35,766 nucleotides of DNA from a virus (Duplodnaviria; Caudoviricetes), in IMG/VR virus record IMGVR_UViG_3300022666_000344, positions 1 through 35,766 of that record. One strand, 5' to 3'. Each line of letters opens with the position of its first letter. Position 1 is the first letter of the stretch. The position numbers and the translations under genes were made by a program. The notes beneath the pieces were generated by a model, which saw only the letters and a program-made list of their open reading frames with translations, did not search any database and was not told where the DNA came from. Shown here piece by piece: positions 16,256 through 25,407 of the stretch.

Positions 16256-16579
16256 GTGGCGGTTCATTTGGGCGGCCTCACCGTGAACTGCCAGAGCTGT
16301 TTAAGCGGGAGAAAGATTCAATGCGAATATGAAGTGCCCGGGCAGGAAGTCTGGGAGCTTAACGGAACGCAGTATCGAGGATGCCCTTTTAAGATCGTCA
16401 CACGTCAGTCGGCGAGCTTCATAAGGGCATTTCAGTTTTATCGGCAGGGATATTTGCCGAACGCGGGCGGCTGGATCGACCAGTCGGCCAAAATGCTCGA
16501 TGCCTTTGAAGTAATCGAAAAGGAACTGCAGGCAATCGAGCAGGAGATGCAGAAAAGAAGGGACAGGTTCAAGCGATGA
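16256..16579 (+). CDS. Frameshift extension of the tail chaperone (gpT-like), four Cys
   Basis: No RBS of its own; lies in the -1 frame of the upstream ORF; CQSC...C...CP and GYLPNAGGWIDQ. Confidence 0.8.
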   Translation: MAVHLGGLTVNCQSCLSGRKIQCEYEVPGQEVWELNGTQYRGCPFKIVTRQSASFIRAFQFYRQGYLPNAGGWIDQSAKMLDAFEVIEKELQAIEQEMQKRRDRFKR

Positions 16580-18351
16580 CGAATAAAGAACTCTCGATCA
16601 TATTGCGCCTGCGGGATGAGGCGACAAAGCGTCTGGAAGGCGTGCGCGGAAACCTGCAGAGATTTGCCAATGCATGGAAGCAGAATTGGCTGGCGATTAC
16701 CGCGGCCATTACGGCAAGCATCATGGCGCTTCGTAAGGCGTGGGATCTCATGGAAATGGGAGCCAAGGCCCAGCAGATCGAGCAGAGTTTCAGCCGCATG
16801 GCAGAAAGCGTCGGTATAGACGCACAAAAAATGCGGCAGGCGATCATGGCGGCCTCTAAAGAAACGGTCAATTTCTCCAACGTGGCAGACAAGGTTTCGG
16901 CGCTTATGGCGCAGGGTTTGAACATGGATCAGGTCGCGGCGCTCATGAAGCAGGCGCGGGCTGAGGCGCGGATATTCGGCACCACGACCGAAGAGGCGTT
17001 TCAAAATATTTCAAGTGCGGTCACCGGAGGTCTGGTCACGACCTTGAGGCGTTCGTACGGCCTTCAGTTGTCGCTGAAAGACGCGGCGGAGGAATACGCG
17101 AAGGCAACCGGCAAGACCGTCGAGCAAGTCCAGAAGTATCACATGGCGCAGGCGATGGCCAATCATATTCTCGCGCAGAGCAAATCGCACCTTGAAGCGG
17201 TGAATCTCGAGATGATGACCAGCTACGAAAAGGTGCAGATGCTCAAATCCCAGTGGAATGACTTTATGGAAAAAGCAGGGCAGTCGCTCTGGCAGGTTCT
17301 GGGGTTTCTGCAGGGCTTTGCCAATCATCTGGTGGCAGGGGTTTTCACGATCCTTGAGTACGGCGCGGGCGCGGTCAAAGGGTTCATTCAGGGCATAACG
17401 AATGCCTTAAACGGCCTCTTGGGTTTTGCGGTTGATTTCTTTCAGGCTCTCATGGTTCCGCTCATTAAATTCTACGATCTTCTGGGAAAGTTACCCGGTA
17501 GTGTCGGCGAAACATACCGGCAGGCGTCCGCGGAGGTAGAGCGGTTTTCGCAGTCGCTGGAAGAGAACAAGATTCAATTTAATGTCGAGGGTCTTACTCA
17601 GGGGCTTGAAGAGGCGCGAACGGCATTCAATTTGGCGGCTCAGGAAAGCGCGCGGGACGCGATGAAGCAGTACGACCTTGTATTTGCCAAGGTCAAGGAT
17701 ACCGGTGACAAGACAGCGGAGATTTTGAAGAACGTAGCCAAGGACGTGGGAAAGAGCGCGGAAGCGGCCGCTCAGCAGTTTAACGTCATGGAAGAGTTTG
17801 CCAAGCAGTCGGCGCATAACATGCAGAACGCGTTTTCGCAGTTTTTCTTCAAGGCATTTACGGGCGAGCTTCGCAGTGTCAAAGAGGTGTTTGCGGATTT
17901 TGGCAGGGCGGTTCTGCAGATGATATCGAACATCTTGGCGAAGCTGTTACTCATAAAGATATTTACAGCAATGGCCGGAGCGGGCGGCACGATCTTTGGT
18001 GTGCCGGTGGCAAGTTTGTTTCATAGCGGAGGAACGGTCGAAAAGCGCAACCGGGCGTTTATCCGGGCGCATTCGGGCCTTGCGCCGGATGAGGTGCCGA
18101 TCATCGCGCAAACGGGAGAAGGCGTGCTTTCCCGCAGGGGAATGCAGGCAGTTGGCGGGTCGGACAACTTGCGCGCGCTTAACCGCGGTGAATCTATGCG
18201 CGGGGAAGGTGTCACGATCAACGTCAATCAGGTGATTCAGGCGTGGGACGCGCAGGATGTTTGGCGTAACCGCAAGATGCTTTCCAACGCTATTGCCGAC
18301 GACATTTACAACAACGGGAAGATCCGTTCGGTGATCAGGAGTTACGCATGA
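16576..18351 (+). CDS. Tape measure protein
   Basis: Ala-rich helical 591 aa; LSIILRLRDEAT start; C-terminal FHSGG...DEVPIIAQTGEGVLSR. Confidence 0.9.
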   Translation: MTNKELSIILRLRDEATKRLEGVRGNLQRFANAWKQNWLAITAAITASIMALRKAWDLMEMGAKAQQIEQSFSRMAESVGIDAQKMRQAIMAASKETVNFSNVADKVSALMAQGLNMDQVAALMKQARAEARIFGTTTEEAFQNISSAVTGGLVTTLRRSYGLQLSLKDAAEEYAKATGKTVEQVQKYHMAQAMANHILAQSKSHLEAVNLEMMTSYEKVQMLKSQWNDFMEKAGQSLWQVLGFLQGFANHLVAGVFTILEYGAGAVKGFIQGITNALNGLLGFAVDFFQALMVPLIKFYDLLGKLPGSVGETYRQASAEVERFSQSLEENKIQFNVEGLTQGLEEARTAFNLAAQESARDAMKQYDLVFAKVKDTGDKTAEILKNVAKDVGKSAEAAAQQFNVMEEFAKQSAHNMQNAFSQFFFKAFTGELRSVKEVFADFGRAVLQMISNILAKLLLIKIFTAMAGAGGTIFGVPVASLFHSGGTVEKRNRAFIRAHSGLAPDEVPIIAQTGEGVLSRRGMQAVGGSDNLRALNRGESMRGEGVTINVNQVIQAWDAQDVWRNRKMLSNAIADDIYNNGKIRSVIRSYA

Positions 18352-18686
18352 GTGATTTTAGCTATTTGCCGGACTTTGTTTTCGAAGAGACGCTGGAATA
18401 CAAGACGCTTGTTTCGGAGTTTGAAAGCGGCGTTGAACAGCGCAGGCGTAAATGGGCGGCGCCATTACACAAATGGCGGCTCAGGTTTTCCAGCCGGTCA
18501 AAGGCGGATATGGAGATGGTGCGGAACTTCTTTTCCGCGAAATACGGCTCGTTTATGGCGTTTACATGGACGAACCCGAACGATGCCGTGGAGTATACGG
18601 TTCGGTTTGCCGAGGACAGTTTTAAATTCACGATGAAGGCGTACGAGGTATACGACTTTGAGTTTGATTTTATAGAGGTGAAGTAA
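18348..18686 (+). CDS. Distal tail protein (gpM-like)
   Basis: FESGVEQRR, FF..KYGSFMAFTWTNP, VRF; follows the tape measure. Confidence 0.8.
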   Translation: MSDFSYLPDFVFEETLEYKTLVSEFESGVEQRRRKWAAPLHKWRLRFSSRSKADMEMVRNFFSAKYGSFMAFTWTNPNDAVEYTVRFAEDSFKFTMKAYEVYDFEFDFIEVK

Positions 18687-19297
18687 TGCCGAGAGATGTC
18701 AGCCCCTCATTTATCAGCGAGAAATCGAAGCAGGAGAATGCGCCCATCTTTTTATACGTCCTCGAAAAGTATGACTCCATTAATGACTTGAGGATCGCGG
18801 GGTTCGATCAGGATGTGACGTATCAGGGGCAGGTGTATTCCAAGTTCCCGGTGACGCATGAGTTTATCGGCGAAAACAATCAGGGGCAGATTGATCAGGT
18901 CAAGGTGCGGCTGGCGAACGTATCGCGGTTTATTCAGCTTTATCTGGAGCAGTTCGATCTGCGCGGGAAGAAAGTAACGATCCGCATGGTCTGGGCCGAT
19001 CGGCTGGCGGATCCGGACGCGCATATGGACGACGTTTTCTACATCGACAGCTATACGGCAGACCAGAAGAGCGTGGAGTTCACATTGACCGGCAAGTTTG
19101 ATGTCTTGGGCGTTGATCTACCCGCGCGCCGGTATGCACGTAATTACTGCGCATGGAAGTTTAAATCGACCGAGTGCGGGTACACAGGAGGAGAGGCTTC
19201 ATGCAACAAAACAAAACAGCGGTGCAAGGTGCTGGAGAATTACCACCGGTTCGGAGCGTTTCCGTCCGTGCCGACGCGCCGGATCTACGTGATGTAG
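18686..19297 (+). CDS. Minor tail protein L-like
   Basis: VRLANVSR, LPARRY, C-terminal CAWKFKSTECGY...CNKTKQRC...FGAFPS with four Cys as in lambda gpL. Confidence 0.85.
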   Translation: MPRDVSPSFISEKSKQENAPIFLYVLEKYDSINDLRIAGFDQDVTYQGQVYSKFPVTHEFIGENNQGQIDQVKVRLANVSRFIQLYLEQFDLRGKKVTIRMVWADRLADPDAHMDDVFYIDSYTADQKSVEFTLTGKFDVLGVDLPARRYARNYCAWKFKSTECGYTGGEASCNKTKQRCKVLENYHRFGAFPSVPTRRIYVM

Positions 19298-19692
19298 AAA
19301 AGGCGATCATCGGGAAATATCTCGGGATCCCGTACCGCCACCGGGGCCGGACGATGGAAGGCCTCGATTGCTGGGGATTTCTCAAACTTGTTTATGCGGA
19401 TCTGGGTTACCGGCTTTTCGATATCGAGGATCTGGAATACAGCAAGGTGTGGGGTTTAAGCGGCAAGGACTATTTCAAGGAGCATTACGGCCACGATTGG
19501 GATCGCGTTGAAACGCCGCAGGTATTGGACGGCGTCTTGTTTGTTAATTCGAGAGGTATTGCCGATCATGCCGGGATCGTTCTTGGCAAGAGGCGGTTTA
19601 TCCATTGTTGCCGTCAGGGGGTCGTAGTGTCGAGGCTCGATGATGTTTCGTGGAAAAAGAAAACAGAAGGATTTTACAGGTTAAGAAAATGA
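19201..19692 (+). CDS. NlpC/P60 tail-associated peptidase (gpK C-terminal-like); start uncertain
   Basis: YLGIPYRHRGRTMEGLDCWG, HAGIVLG, FIHC; GGAGG RBS before ATG 19201. Confidence 0.85.
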   Translation: MQQNKTAVQGAGELPPVRSVSVRADAPDLRDVEKAIIGKYLGIPYRHRGRTMEGLDCWGFLKLVYADLGYRLFDIEDLEYSKVWGLSGKDYFKEHYGHDWDRVETPQVLDGVLFVNSRGIADHAGIVLGKRRFIHCCRQGVVVSRLDDVSWKKKTEGFYRLRK

Positions 19693-22600
19693 TATCCGTT
19701 CGTAATATCGATAATCCATTCAAACTCGAGGAGGCGCAGGTTCTGGAGTTTACCTATTCCAGAAGCAAATCCGTGCGCGATTATCTCGACAATTCCGGGT
19801 TTGATTATAAAGACAAACGCGTGATCGTTACCGGCAAGTGCATAGAAGACCTTGATTTGCGTATTGAGGAGGGTGACGAGATCGTGGTCGCGCCGGAAGT
19901 AAAGGCACCGGTGGTGGCGGTTATTTCGTTTATTGTTTCAGCGGTCTGGGCGGCCGCGGTGGCGCATCCGTTCTTGTTCACGTTCTTTGTTCTTTCGATG
20001 GGTTACGCCATTTACCAGTATATGAACCAGCCGAAAATGCCGGATTTCAATCTCGGTTCAGCCGGGATGGATGAGGGATCGCCCACATACGGCTGGGATG
20101 GGGTACAAACGATTCAGGAGGTCGGCGTGCCGGTTGCCGTGGTTTACGGCGAGCATCGTGTTGGCGGCAATATCATCAATCAGTTTCTTTGGGAGGATGG
20201 CGATAAGCACTATTTGAACGTTCTTCTGGCGATCTGCGAGGGTGAGATCGAGTCGATAGAAAATATCGAGCTGAATAATAATCCGATCATTAACTTCGAA
20301 GGCGTATCGATTAGCAAACGTTTCGGCACGAATTACCAGAGTATGATCCCGAATTTCGAGGATCTGCACAATATTTATCCGGTCAGTGCCAACCTCACGC
20401 AAAACAATCCTTACATTTACACCACGGTCGATTTGGATGTCGAGGCGTTCGAGATTCACTTGCGGCTTAATAACGGCCTCTATCAGCAGAATTCCAGCTC
20501 CGGGGATATCCAAAGCTGGAGCGTTACTTATCGGGTCGAATATAAAGAGCATTCCGCGGGGACATATATCGATCTGGGCGAGACGACTATTTCCGCGCAG
20601 TCGCGTTCATCGGTCAGGCGCGTATTCCGCAAGGCAGGGCTTATCCCGGGTCAGTACGATATCCGCATTACCCGCACCAGCGAGGACAGTTCGCTTCAGC
20701 CGTTAAAGCAGGGCGACCTTTTGCTTTTTCAGATCGATGAGCTTAAGACAGATGATTTGAGTTATCCGAACACCGCGCTTTTAGGGCTACAGCTTTTGGC
20801 GACCGACCAGCTTTCAGGATCGATGCCAAATATCACATCGGTTGTTAAAGGCAGGAAGGTTTCTGTACCGGATGTCAGAAACGGCACGGATCCGGTTACT
20901 TGGGATGATTATTACTGGGATGGGGCAGATTACCGTCTGCTTGCGGATGACACTTTGCTTTCGTGGGACGGTGTGACGTTTGTCGAGAGGTATTCGGCGA
21001 ATCCGGTCTGGTGCCTGCGGGATTTTATTATCAGCAATCGTTTCGGGCTGGGCGAGTTTATTTCATCCGGAAATCTGGATAACGCTTCGCTTCTTGAGAT
21101 GTCGCAGTATTGCGAAGAGAAAGTTGCGGACGGTCAGGGCGGCTACGAGAAACGGTTCAGGATGGATGTGGTTATCGACAGCAACAACAGGGCCCTCGAC
21201 GTTCTCATTCAATTATGTGCCACGTTTAATGCCATGCCGGTCTACAGCGCGGGCGGTTTGGCATTCAAGATCGACAAGATCACGAATCCGACCCAGTTGT
21301 TTGGCATGGGCAATATCGTCAAGGACACGTTTGCGCAGAGCTGGAAGACGATGAAAGAAGTGCCAAACGTGATCGAGGTTCAGTTCACCGATAAAGAGAA
21401 AAATTATCAGCAGGAAACGATCGCTTATATCGATGAGGAATCGCTGGCTTCCGGTGAGCCGATGCGTAAAAGCCAGATCCGGCTTTTTACGACTGGCGCA
21501 AGTTACGCGATCCGCGCGGCGCGTTACGCATTAAAGGTGGCGCGGTATATCAATCGTTCAGTCACGTTTAAGGCAGGGATTGACGCGATTGCCTGTCAGG
21601 CTGGAGATGTTATTTCGATATCGCACGATGTTCCGCAGTGGGGTTTTTCCGGCAGGGTGCAGGAGGGCAGTACTGATGTGCTTGTCAAATTAGACCGGTC
21701 AATGGTCATTGAGGACGGCAAGTCCTACAAGATTCAGGTTCGTTTCTCAGACGATACTATCGAGGAGCGGCTCATTACTTCGCCGACCGGAACGTATATG
21801 GAGGTTTCGTGCGAAGCGTTCCCGCAGGACCCGCAGGCTTTCGATGTGTTTGCGATAGGCGAAACGCACAAGGTCAAAAAAGATTTCAGGGTGGTGGCGA
21901 TCCAGCGGGAAGGCAAGAGTGAGGTTCAGATATCCGCGCTTGAGTATAACGAGGCGGTGTATGACGATTCGGACATCATTCTGCCGCAGAACAATTATTC
22001 GTCTTTATCGAGCGAGATCCCGGCCGTCAGCAACCTCAGCTTGACCGAGTCGTTGGTTAAGAAGACAGACGGAACGATCGAGAACGCCATTGATGTCTGG
22101 TTTGACCGCCCGGCCTATGTGGATCATTTCGTCAAGTCATACGCCAAGGCAAAGATTTATATTAGCGACGATGACGGTTTAAGCTGGCGCGCGCGAGGAG
22201 AAACCTCGGGGACGAATTTCCGGATCATCGGTGATATCGTTGATCATCACACCTATAAAATCAAAGTTACGTCGCTCGATTCCTTAAACGAAGAGAGTTC
22301 TCTTGCCTCCGCACCTGAAAGTACGATCACGATTGTGGGCAAGTCAGCCCCGCCTTCGGACGTGTCATCGTTTTTGGTTAACCGAAACAGGGACATGCTG
22401 TATTTCGGCTGGACGCCGATTCCGGATGTGGATGTCTGGGGGTATGAAATCCGGCGCGGTCTTGACTGGGAAAGCGCGGAGTTTATTACGCTTCAGCAGG
22501 GGACGCATTATCTCACCAAAGATGTCAAACGCGGCATTGGCCAGCGGTACTGGATCAAGGGGATCGATACCTCGGGAAATTATTCCGTAAACGCAAAAGA

Positions 22601-23306
22601 GGCGGTTGTCACGATTACTGAAATTCCCTTCAGAAATATTATCGCGGAATATCAGGAACAGCCGCTTTGGGAAGGCGCGAAGAATTATGTCGAAAAGGAC
22701 GGCGAGTCGATCGTGATCACGGACGGCGTTATGTCTGGAACATATACGACACCGGTTAGGGATTTCGGATATGTGGCAAGCGTCCATATCGGGATCGATG
22801 TGATTGTTTCGACGTCATTGGGCAGGAGGTTCAATAGCGATGGGGTGACGAAGTTTAACGACAGCCCATCGTATCGATTCACTGGTCAGGAAACGTTAAG
22901 AGCGGCCAGCTTTCGGATCCGTACGTCAGAGGACAATATCACATGGAAAGATTGGGAGGACTATCAGCCCGGAGATTATTACTGCCGGTACTTTCAGATT
23001 GAACTTGCTCTGCATCGCGAGAATATCGGCGATGAGATCACCTGTTCGACGTTTCAGTATTTTGGTGACCTGCCGGATGTCGATGACTACGGCAACGCTA
23101 CAGTGGTTTCGGCTGTAGATGGCAAGCAGGTGTTTTTCGGCAAGACCTATCACGAGGAGCCGAGCGTTCATATCGAGATTCGAAGCGGGAACGGCATCTA
23201 TTCGCAGTTTACAGATAAAAGCATCACCGGCTTTACGGTGAAGCTGTACGACGCTCAGGGCGTGGTGCAGACCGGTATGTTCGACTGGCACAGCCACGGG
23301 ATTTAG
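19689..23306 (+). CDS. Tail tip/host specificity protein (gpI-gpJ-like fusion)
   Basis: Ubiquitin-like N-terminus, hydrophobic segment, PVAVVYGEHRVGGNII, YPNTAL, SANPVWCLRD, GDVISISHD, FnIII-like domains. Confidence 0.9.
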   Translation: MISVRNIDNPFKLEEAQVLEFTYSRSKSVRDYLDNSGFDYKDKRVIVTGKCIEDLDLRIEEGDEIVVAPEVKAPVVAVISFIVSAVWAAAVAHPFLFTFFVLSMGYAIYQYMNQPKMPDFNLGSAGMDEGSPTYGWDGVQTIQEVGVPVAVVYGEHRVGGNIINQFLWEDGDKHYLNVLLAICEGEIESIENIELNNNPIINFEGVSISKRFGTNYQSMIPNFEDLHNIYPVSANLTQNNPYIYTTVDLDVEAFEIHLRLNNGLYQQNSSSGDIQSWSVTYRVEYKEHSAGTYIDLGETTISAQSRSSVRRVFRKAGLIPGQYDIRITRTSEDSSLQPLKQGDLLLFQIDELKTDDLSYPNTALLGLQLLATDQLSGSMPNITSVVKGRKVSVPDVRNGTDPVTWDDYYWDGADYRLLADDTLLSWDGVTFVERYSANPVWCLRDFIISNRFGLGEFISSGNLDNASLLEMSQYCEEKVADGQGGYEKRFRMDVVIDSNNRALDVLIQLCATFNAMPVYSAGGLAFKIDKITNPTQLFGMGNIVKDTFAQSWKTMKEVPNVIEVQFTDKEKNYQQETIAYIDEESLASGEPMRKSQIRLFTTGASYAIRAARYALKVARYINRSVTFKAGIDAIACQAGDVISISHDVPQWGFSGRVQEGSTDVLVKLDRSMVIEDGKSYKIQVRFSDDTIEERLITSPTGTYMEVSCEAFPQDPQAFDVFAIGETHKVKKDFRVVAIQREGKSEVQISALEYNEAVYDDSDIILPQNNYSSLSSEIPAVSNLSLTESLVKKTDGTIENAIDVWFDRPAYVDHFVKSYAKAKIYISDDDGLSWRARGETSGTNFRIIGDIVDHHTYKIKVTSLDSLNEESSLASAPESTITIVGKSAPPSDVSSFLVNRNRDMLYFGWTPIPDVDVWGYEIRRGLDWESAEFITLQQGTHYLTKDVKRGIGQRYWIKGIDTSGNYSVNAKEAVVTITEIPFRNIIAEYQEQPLWEGAKNYVEKDGESIVITDGVMSGTYTTPVRDFGYVASVHIGIDVIVSTSLGRRFNSDGVTKFNDSPSYRFTGQETLRAASFRIRTSEDNITWKDWEDYQPGDYYCRYFQIELALHRENIGDEITCSTFQYFGDLPDVDDYGNATVVSAVDGKQVFFGKTYHEEPSVHIEIRSGNGIYSQFTDKSITGFTVKLYDAQGVVQTGMFDWHSHGI

Positions 23307-23314
23307 GAGGCGTA

Positions 23315-23545
23315 ATGGCAAAGGGATTGATTCCATACAAGGTGGTTATTGAGTTTGAGAACGGCGAGTTTCTGAACGGAGTCATTTTATATAAGGTCAA
23401 TGACGGCGGCGAGATCAGTCGGATCAAAAGTATCGGGATCAAGGACGCGGTGTTTAACAAATCGACATTGAACGGTTTGTTGCAGAAATTCATCAAACAT
23501 GCCAATCAGTCGGAAGGAGTAAGCGATGGTCAAGTTGATCTGTAA
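23315..23545 (+). CDS. Hypothetical protein
   Basis: AGGAGG RBS; 76 aa coupled to its neighbours. Confidence 0.7.
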   Translation: MAKGLIPYKVVIEFENGEFLNGVILYKVNDGGEISRIKSIGIKDAVFNKSTLNGLLQKFIKHANQSEGVSDGQVDL

Positions 23546-23801
23546 TAAATGCAAAAAAGAGATACCGGACGACATGGCGTATATGTCGGTCAAGGGCGAC
23601 ATTATTTTGCGTATGCCGAAAAGGAAGCCGGTTGTTTTTACCTGCGCGGAGCAGGCGGAAAACTATGCCCGGCAGATGACGATTCATGATGTTTGCTGGA
23701 TCCAGATGCTACGCGAGCACGGCATCGAGCTTCACGATATGAACGCGGTTGCCGAGGCGTACCAGAAAAGAGAGGTGGGCGATGGCTTGGGACAAGACTA
23801 A
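23526..23801 (+). CDS. Small protein with a CxxC...C...HxxC possible metal site
   Basis: ICNKCKK...FTC...IHDVCW; AAGGAG RBS. Confidence 0.7.
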   Translation: MVKLICNKCKKEIPDDMAYMSVKGDIILRMPKRKPVVFTCAEQAENYARQMTIHDVCWIQMLREHGIELHDMNAVAEAYQKREVGDGLGQD

Positions 23802-24273
23802 ACCGGAGAACGACATGCTGTTGATCAATTTCCCTCCGGCTTGCCGGGCCAACTGGGAGGCGCTAGAGCTGTTGACGGACCCGGCGCTTCAGATCACGAA
23901 TGAGAAGGTGGCCCCGGGCGCGGGTATCGAGGATACGAAGCTGGCGCAGATTACCTCGGCCAGCAAGGTGAGCGGTACGGCTTTGACGGGTCTTGCCAGC
24001 GTGTCAGCGGCGGCCGGTGTTCTGCCGACCGAGAATTCTCCTAATAAATTAAAGGCGGATGTCAGCGATACGACACCGGAATATCTGGACGGGCTTATTG
24101 ATACGGCAATGTTTCAGGTATCGGCAGGCGATCAGTTGCAGTTAAAAGACGGCGGGGTTTCAACCGCGAAGCTTGAGAACGGCGCGGCTTCGCCCGGGAA
24201 TAACAAGTATTACGGAACGAATGCATCAGGGACAAAGGGCTTTTTCGATAGGACGGCGGTTTACGCCTCGTAG
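23782..24273 (+). CDS. Tail fibre-like structural protein
   Basis: MAWDKTKP..IN..RANW.ALE anchor-like N-terminus; IEDTKLAQI and GVSTAKL fibre-type repeats; DTTPEYL; NKYYGTNASGTKGF. Confidence 0.6.
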   Translation: MAWDKTKPENDMLLINFPPACRANWEALELLTDPALQITNEKVAPGAGIEDTKLAQITSASKVSGTALTGLASVSAAAGVLPTENSPNKLKADVSDTTPEYLDGLIDTAMFQVSAGDQLQLKDGGVSTAKLENGAASPGNNKYYGTNASGTKGFFDRTAVYAS

Positions 24274-24281
24274 GTAGAATT

Positions 24282-25007
24282 ATGGCGCATAAAATGCCCC
24301 CAAAACAATGCTCATCGAATATACCGGCTTGGACGGATCCGGTGCTTACGGATCTGTCTACAAAGGTGCGCAAGGTGCATATCGATGAGCTGAGGTCGTT
24401 TTTGAATACCGAGTTTGTCAGGCGCGGGCTTACGCAGGCGTCTTTTACGGATCCTACGATCACGGCTTTGGTGACAGAGATCAGGAAGGTGCATGTCGAT
24501 CAGCTACGCACGGAATTGGCGGCTTGCAAATCGGGCCGCGGTGAATCCGGGTATTGTCCGCAGGATAGTTCCGGATGCATGGATTTTTCGGATCCTACGA
24601 TTACGGCGCTTTCAACCGAGGTCAGGGGTATTCACTTTCGGCAGATGATGCAGAAGGTTCAGGCCATCATGACCGGCTGTATCTGCGAAACCGAGCAGTG
24701 CCAGTATTGCGCGGACTGCGGATATCACTATACGACTTGTTCGCATGCGGGCGTGGCATGTGATGATCATAAATATTCAGAATGCCAGTATTCGATAAAT
24801 CATTACTGGAATTGCGCGAGCATTAATTTGCCGTCGAGCGCTGAGCATCCTTACAAATCGGCGAACCCGCCTGTGGCTTGGGATGGATATGTGCCGTGGG
24901 ATTGGTGTGTGTATACGCCGCCCGGATCGAACTGGGGGACGTGCGAGTATTCGGGCGGGCATAACCATAGCGCGTGGAATTGTAAATGTAACCCGTATTC
25001 ATGGTGA
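24282..25007 (+). CDS. Cys-rich protein with three N-terminal repeats; candidate radical-SAM substrate and virion fibre component
   Basis: Repeats (W/F)(T/S)DPxxTxLxTx(V/I)Rx(V/I)H at aa 17, 55 and 102; 17 Cys, 13 of them in aa 133-236; many W/Y/H. Confidence 0.8.
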   Translation: MAHKMPPKQCSSNIPAWTDPVLTDLSTKVRKVHIDELRSFLNTEFVRRGLTQASFTDPTITALVTEIRKVHVDQLRTELAACKSGRGESGYCPQDSSGCMDFSDPTITALSTEVRGIHFRQMMQKVQAIMTGCICETEQCQYCADCGYHYTTCSHAGVACDDHKYSECQYSINHYWNCASINLPSSAEHPYKSANPPVAWDGYVPWDWCVYTPPGSNWGTCEYSGGHNHSAWNCKCNPYSW

Positions 25008-25011
25008 GGAA

Positions 25012-25407
25012 ATGTTTCAGGATCAGATAAAAGCACAGGAAGTATCGTTCAGGATCGCGCGGCTTGAAGGTGAGAACGCCGTTGGCGAGCTGGTGAACTG
25101 GTGCAGAAATAATCTCGATGAATTGACCGTTCAGTGTTTTACGCACAAGCGGTTCATGAGCGTTCAGGCTTTGATTGATGCCCTTTGCGAGGTTTACAGA
25201 GATCTGGGCGTTGAAGGCGACAAGGGAAACGTTTCGGTCTTTGTTCTATTTTTGGCCGGTGAGCACAGGGACAAGATTTACGCCTCGCACGTGGTCGAGC
25301 TTAACGATACGCACCGGCAGATTATCAGGGACAAACTGGGGCTGGATATCGAGGAGATTGAACCGGGCTTGAGCAAGCTGGACTGGAGGGCGGATGCCGG
25401 TATTTGA
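25012..25407 (+). CDS. Hypothetical accessory protein of the radical SAM cluster
   Basis: ATG 4 nt after the upstream stop with GAGG RBS; overlaps the first rSAM start. Confidence 0.7.
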   Translation: MFQDQIKAQEVSFRIARLEGENAVGELVNWCRNNLDELTVQCFTHKRFMSVQALIDALCEVYRDLGVEGDKGNVSVFVLFLAGEHRDKIYASHVVELNDTHRQIIRDKLGLDIEEIEPGLSKLDWRADAGI

